DNA from: Paraspadella gotoi
Taxonomy: Eukaryota > Animalia > Chaetognatha
Reading direction: 5' to 3'
DNA: 64,000 nucleotides
NCBI GenBank assembly: GCA_051294375.1
Contig: CM119271.1
Span: forward strand, 16,652,470-16,716,469
The first letter of the stretch is position 1; every line of letters begins with the position of its first letter. Below are positions 60,701 to 64,000 of this stretch, piece by piece. Below the pieces are notes generated by a model. The model worked only from the letters and a program-made list of their open reading frames with translations. It had not been told where the DNA came from and did no database searches. Both the position numbers and the translations under genes were made by a program.

Positions 60701-63700
60701 ATATAGATATTTAGTAGGAATAAAAAGTTAGATTATGGAATAAAATTTAAGTATTGGAGTAAAGATATAATGGCCTCACATATTATTTGGTTTTTTATGT
60801 TTAAGTTTTTTTGAGTTCATATTGTTATCTCTCGGTACTCTGTACTTAAAACGGAAGTGAGTAATTTAATATTAGATATTTGCGGGGTTGTAAATCTCTC
60901 TTAATGTGCGCGGCTGTGTCACGGAGCACGAAAACGTGTGTATCGCTCACAAGCACAGGAACGGGAGACTCACTAGTGTCTGTAGCGTCTATGTGTATTT
61001 GACTTAGATTGGACTCAAATGTAATTTATTGTTTAAAAACCATAGTAGCAATGGACTTTAAAATAGAGCGAAGACGCGAACAACGCATATAGTGAGAATA
61101 TATCAGAGCCGTTTCTACACTTCTAATAGCCTCTTCTCCGTATGTGCTGGTTTGTTAACTCCCTGTCCTCGTGCTCATCCTGCTTTCTCTCTCCCATTCC
61201 TCTCCCTGTCGTCGCTCGATAAACAGATGTCGCCTCGGCGCTGACGCGGTGTATTTCTCCGGCAGCCGGAGATGTCGATTCTCTCGCTCTCGTCCTCGAC
61301 TCTCTCTTCGCAATCTCCTCACGCGTTTGACTCCATTCGTGGGTCTCGGACTCAGAATTCCTCTCCACCGCAACTTCGAAGCTGCAACAGTGTCGCAGCG
61401 CCGGCATAAAACGAGGTGCTGGCAGTAAGCACGAAATGCCTCACACGGACCGAGTGCCGACAGCTCTGCCATTTGAGAGATGAGTTACGGAATGGGCTCC
61501 ATGTCGCTCACTCTTTTTTTCGATGGCGCGAGCACAAGAATGCGGTAGGTTCACGCGAACTCTGACTCAGAGTGCCTCGGTTGGGGTGGTTATGATTGGA
61601 CTAAGAGTTGCCTCCACACAATCTCCACTCTCAATTATTGTACGTGGCGTGAGATAGAGTGTGTCATGGCGTTATGTGATGGCTATCTGTTTGTTTGTTG
61701 ATGTGTGGTATAAAGATAGAATGCTTTTACCATGCGTAATGTGGGGATACCTCATATGAGAGCTAATTTTAATTATGTTGTATGGCGTATATTAATTTTA
61801 TATGCCATGCAAGCGTGAGGTAGGATGATAGATACAGATATAATCCGAGGCGTGTTCACCAAATGATATATCTTCTTGTATTCACAGAATTCGTCATCTC
61901 TCTAATCATGTCGTTAGTTATCCGATGAGATGATAGTAGTCCAATGATACAAACATTTAAACTCAAGCTCTTTATCAAAGATGAACCAGTGAAAACATAA
62001 GAACATTTTGATCTATATTCACATAATTAGATATATTTATATTCTCAAATGTATTCGTATTACGCCCACTCTAAAGTCAATTTTTAGTAAGTAGACATAG
62101 GTACATAGTACTCATTCCATCATGAGAGCACATGAACACACACTCTCTCATAAATAAGTGTTTTCTCTTTAGATATTTATACTATTTTCTGCACAAATTC
62201 ATCATAAAAGTTGATTGAATATTCACAATAAACTCACTCAGTCGGTGTCTATAATCTCTCAAAAAGAGCTCTCTAGTCATAGTTAAAGTTAAGCTCAATA
62301 TCACACATATTAATCCATTCTATATTACATTGCTTCCAAACGTGAGTGATACTGGAGTATTAAGTGTGGAGGTAATATAATATATTGCTTAATAATCTAG
62401 CTTATTTAATATGATTTTCTAGTATTACCCACTCTCACACTCACTCAGGAGTTGCCTCATTATAGATAGCTTGTCAGTCTATTTGATATATTGTAATAAT
62501 ACTTTTGTCTTGTTCGCACTGCTCATCGATATACGAATCTCGCTGTTTATATGAATGAGTGCACAAATACACAAGTGGATATGATATTCTGGATTCTCGT
62601 GTTATCACTCGATTTTAATTCTGGAGTATTACCTAGTAGAGCAAAAATATACAAATAATTATAGCACTCAAGTATTGGGAGTCGTTCTCACACCACTGTT
62701 CAGCGATATAGGCTTACAAGAGACCATGTGCGTTACGTGAGCGGTCTCTCACCATATGTCGAGATATTTGTGTCGATGACTTTGAGTTTGTAAGTATTTT
62801 TCGCCGAGCTCGCGTGGATAATGTGTTAGAGTGTGAATCGCAAGTCACACGGAATATCTCCGTTGTGTTCTCTTTGTCTCCTCGTGCTACACTCACTCTC
62901 TCATCGTGCGTGCGATCTCGTACTCGATGCGTGACTCTTCTCTCTCTCTCTCTCTCTGCATTCTCATTGCTCTCTATCTATCTCTTTTCTACTCTCTTCT
63001 TTATCTCTCTATATATTCCTCAATCTATACTAGACGTATGTAGTTCTGTTTGCGTCTGCAGTCTTTCTCTGCTACTACGTCATCATCCCTCTTCTCTCTC
63101 TCTCGTCTTCCTCGACTTCTCCTCTTTGGTGTCGCTTGCTGTTTCTCTCTCTCTCTCTCTCCGTTCTCTCGCTCGCTGCCTCTACTTTCTTTGTCTGTCT
63201 CTCTCTCTCCTCTTCTGCTCTTTCTCTCCTGTTCATATACTGGCTCTCTGCGGGTCGTTTCACTGTCGTGCGTGGTGCTCTGTCTTTCTTTCTTCGTCTC
63301 GGGTTCTCTTTCTCTCGTCCTCTCTCCTCCCTGTCGTCTCTCTATCCTCTCGTTGTTCTCTTCCCGGTGGTTTTCCGGCTACTTCTCTTCTCTCTCTCCA
63401 CACAGTCCCGGCGTGATTACTATATAGATTAGTCCTCACTCACATCTAGGATTTGTCGCTCAGTCATGATTCTGATAGACACGAGTACGATCCCTACAGT
63501 GAGTACAGCAATACAAACTTGACACTCACATACGACGTAGATGTAAGTGCGTATAGTGAGTTCTATTATAAATGCTAACGATTTTTGTCCATATTGACTC
63601 AGTGACTTTATGGTCGGGTGTGCTTGTGAGCGTGCGTGTGGCGCGTGGGGGTCCAGTGGTGTGAGCGAGCGCGGGTCGCGAGTGAGTGAGGTGAGTGTGG

Positions 63701-64000
63701 CGGCGAGCGTGAGTGCCGAGCCGACATGACTTTGCGCGTGGCCCGTCCTCTCACTCTCTTCTACTCGTCTTGAGGGCCGCGCCACGCCCACCGTCCAGAG
63801 AAGAGATAATATGGCAGAGTTGTGAGAACTTGTGGTCTCGTGCGTATATGAGTGCGCCTTCGAGTAGCTCGATGAGATCGATGTGCGTTCTGGCTTAGGA
63901 CCGATTCCAATGCGACAGAGACACATAGTGAATACTGTCAATGTGAAGCGTGCTGAAGTAGCGACTCGTGAAATTCGTATCTCGGTTGATTAGCGAATTC

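Larger units (their letters stand above)
51600..64000. repeat. Giant inverted duplication centred near 57045 (probable fold-back read artefact)
   Basis: 54298 pairs with 59786 and 55314 with 58772. Identity decays beyond ~60100, but garbled copies of copy 2 exon 16 (~61120-61480) and exon 15 (~63400-63900) remain recognisable on the minus strand. Confidence 0.9.

Noticed and set aside
61120-63900. Third BCCT gene or pseudogene on the minus strand
   Set aside because: It is the noisy mirror of copy 2 exons 15-16, including intron and flank, within the fold-back arm.

Overview
AT-rich, microsatellite-rich eukaryotic (probably invertebrate animal) genomic DNA from a gapped assembly. The core of the window is a tandem pair of + strand, 16-exon genes encoding bacterial-type BCCT (betaine/carnitine/choline transporter) family proteins. 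Copy 1 is 13740-27319 (intact, 860 aa by manual splicing). Copy 2 is 35656-53232 (about 852 aa after correcting four 1-nt indels). All 15 intron positions and phases are shared. Both proteins carry additions not seen in BetP-type bacterial carriers: a Cys-rich loop with N-glycosylation sequons after TM9 and a C-terminal Cys-depleted PLAC8-like domain. The copies differ at substrate-site residues. Introns and intergenic DNA are a nest of small mobile elements: DINE-1/HINE-like Helentron derivatives with internal minisatellites, hAT-type MITEs with 8-bp TSDs, MITEs with telomere-like cores, a Penelope GIY-YIG fragment with hammerhead-like motifs, a tRNA-SINE, and a ~616-bp TRIM whose LTRs contain a tRNA-like cassette (plus solo LTRs). 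The last ~7 kb is an increasingly noisy inverted copy of ~51.6-57.0 kb, most likely a long-read fold-back artefact. All coordinates were read by eye; no database searches were run.
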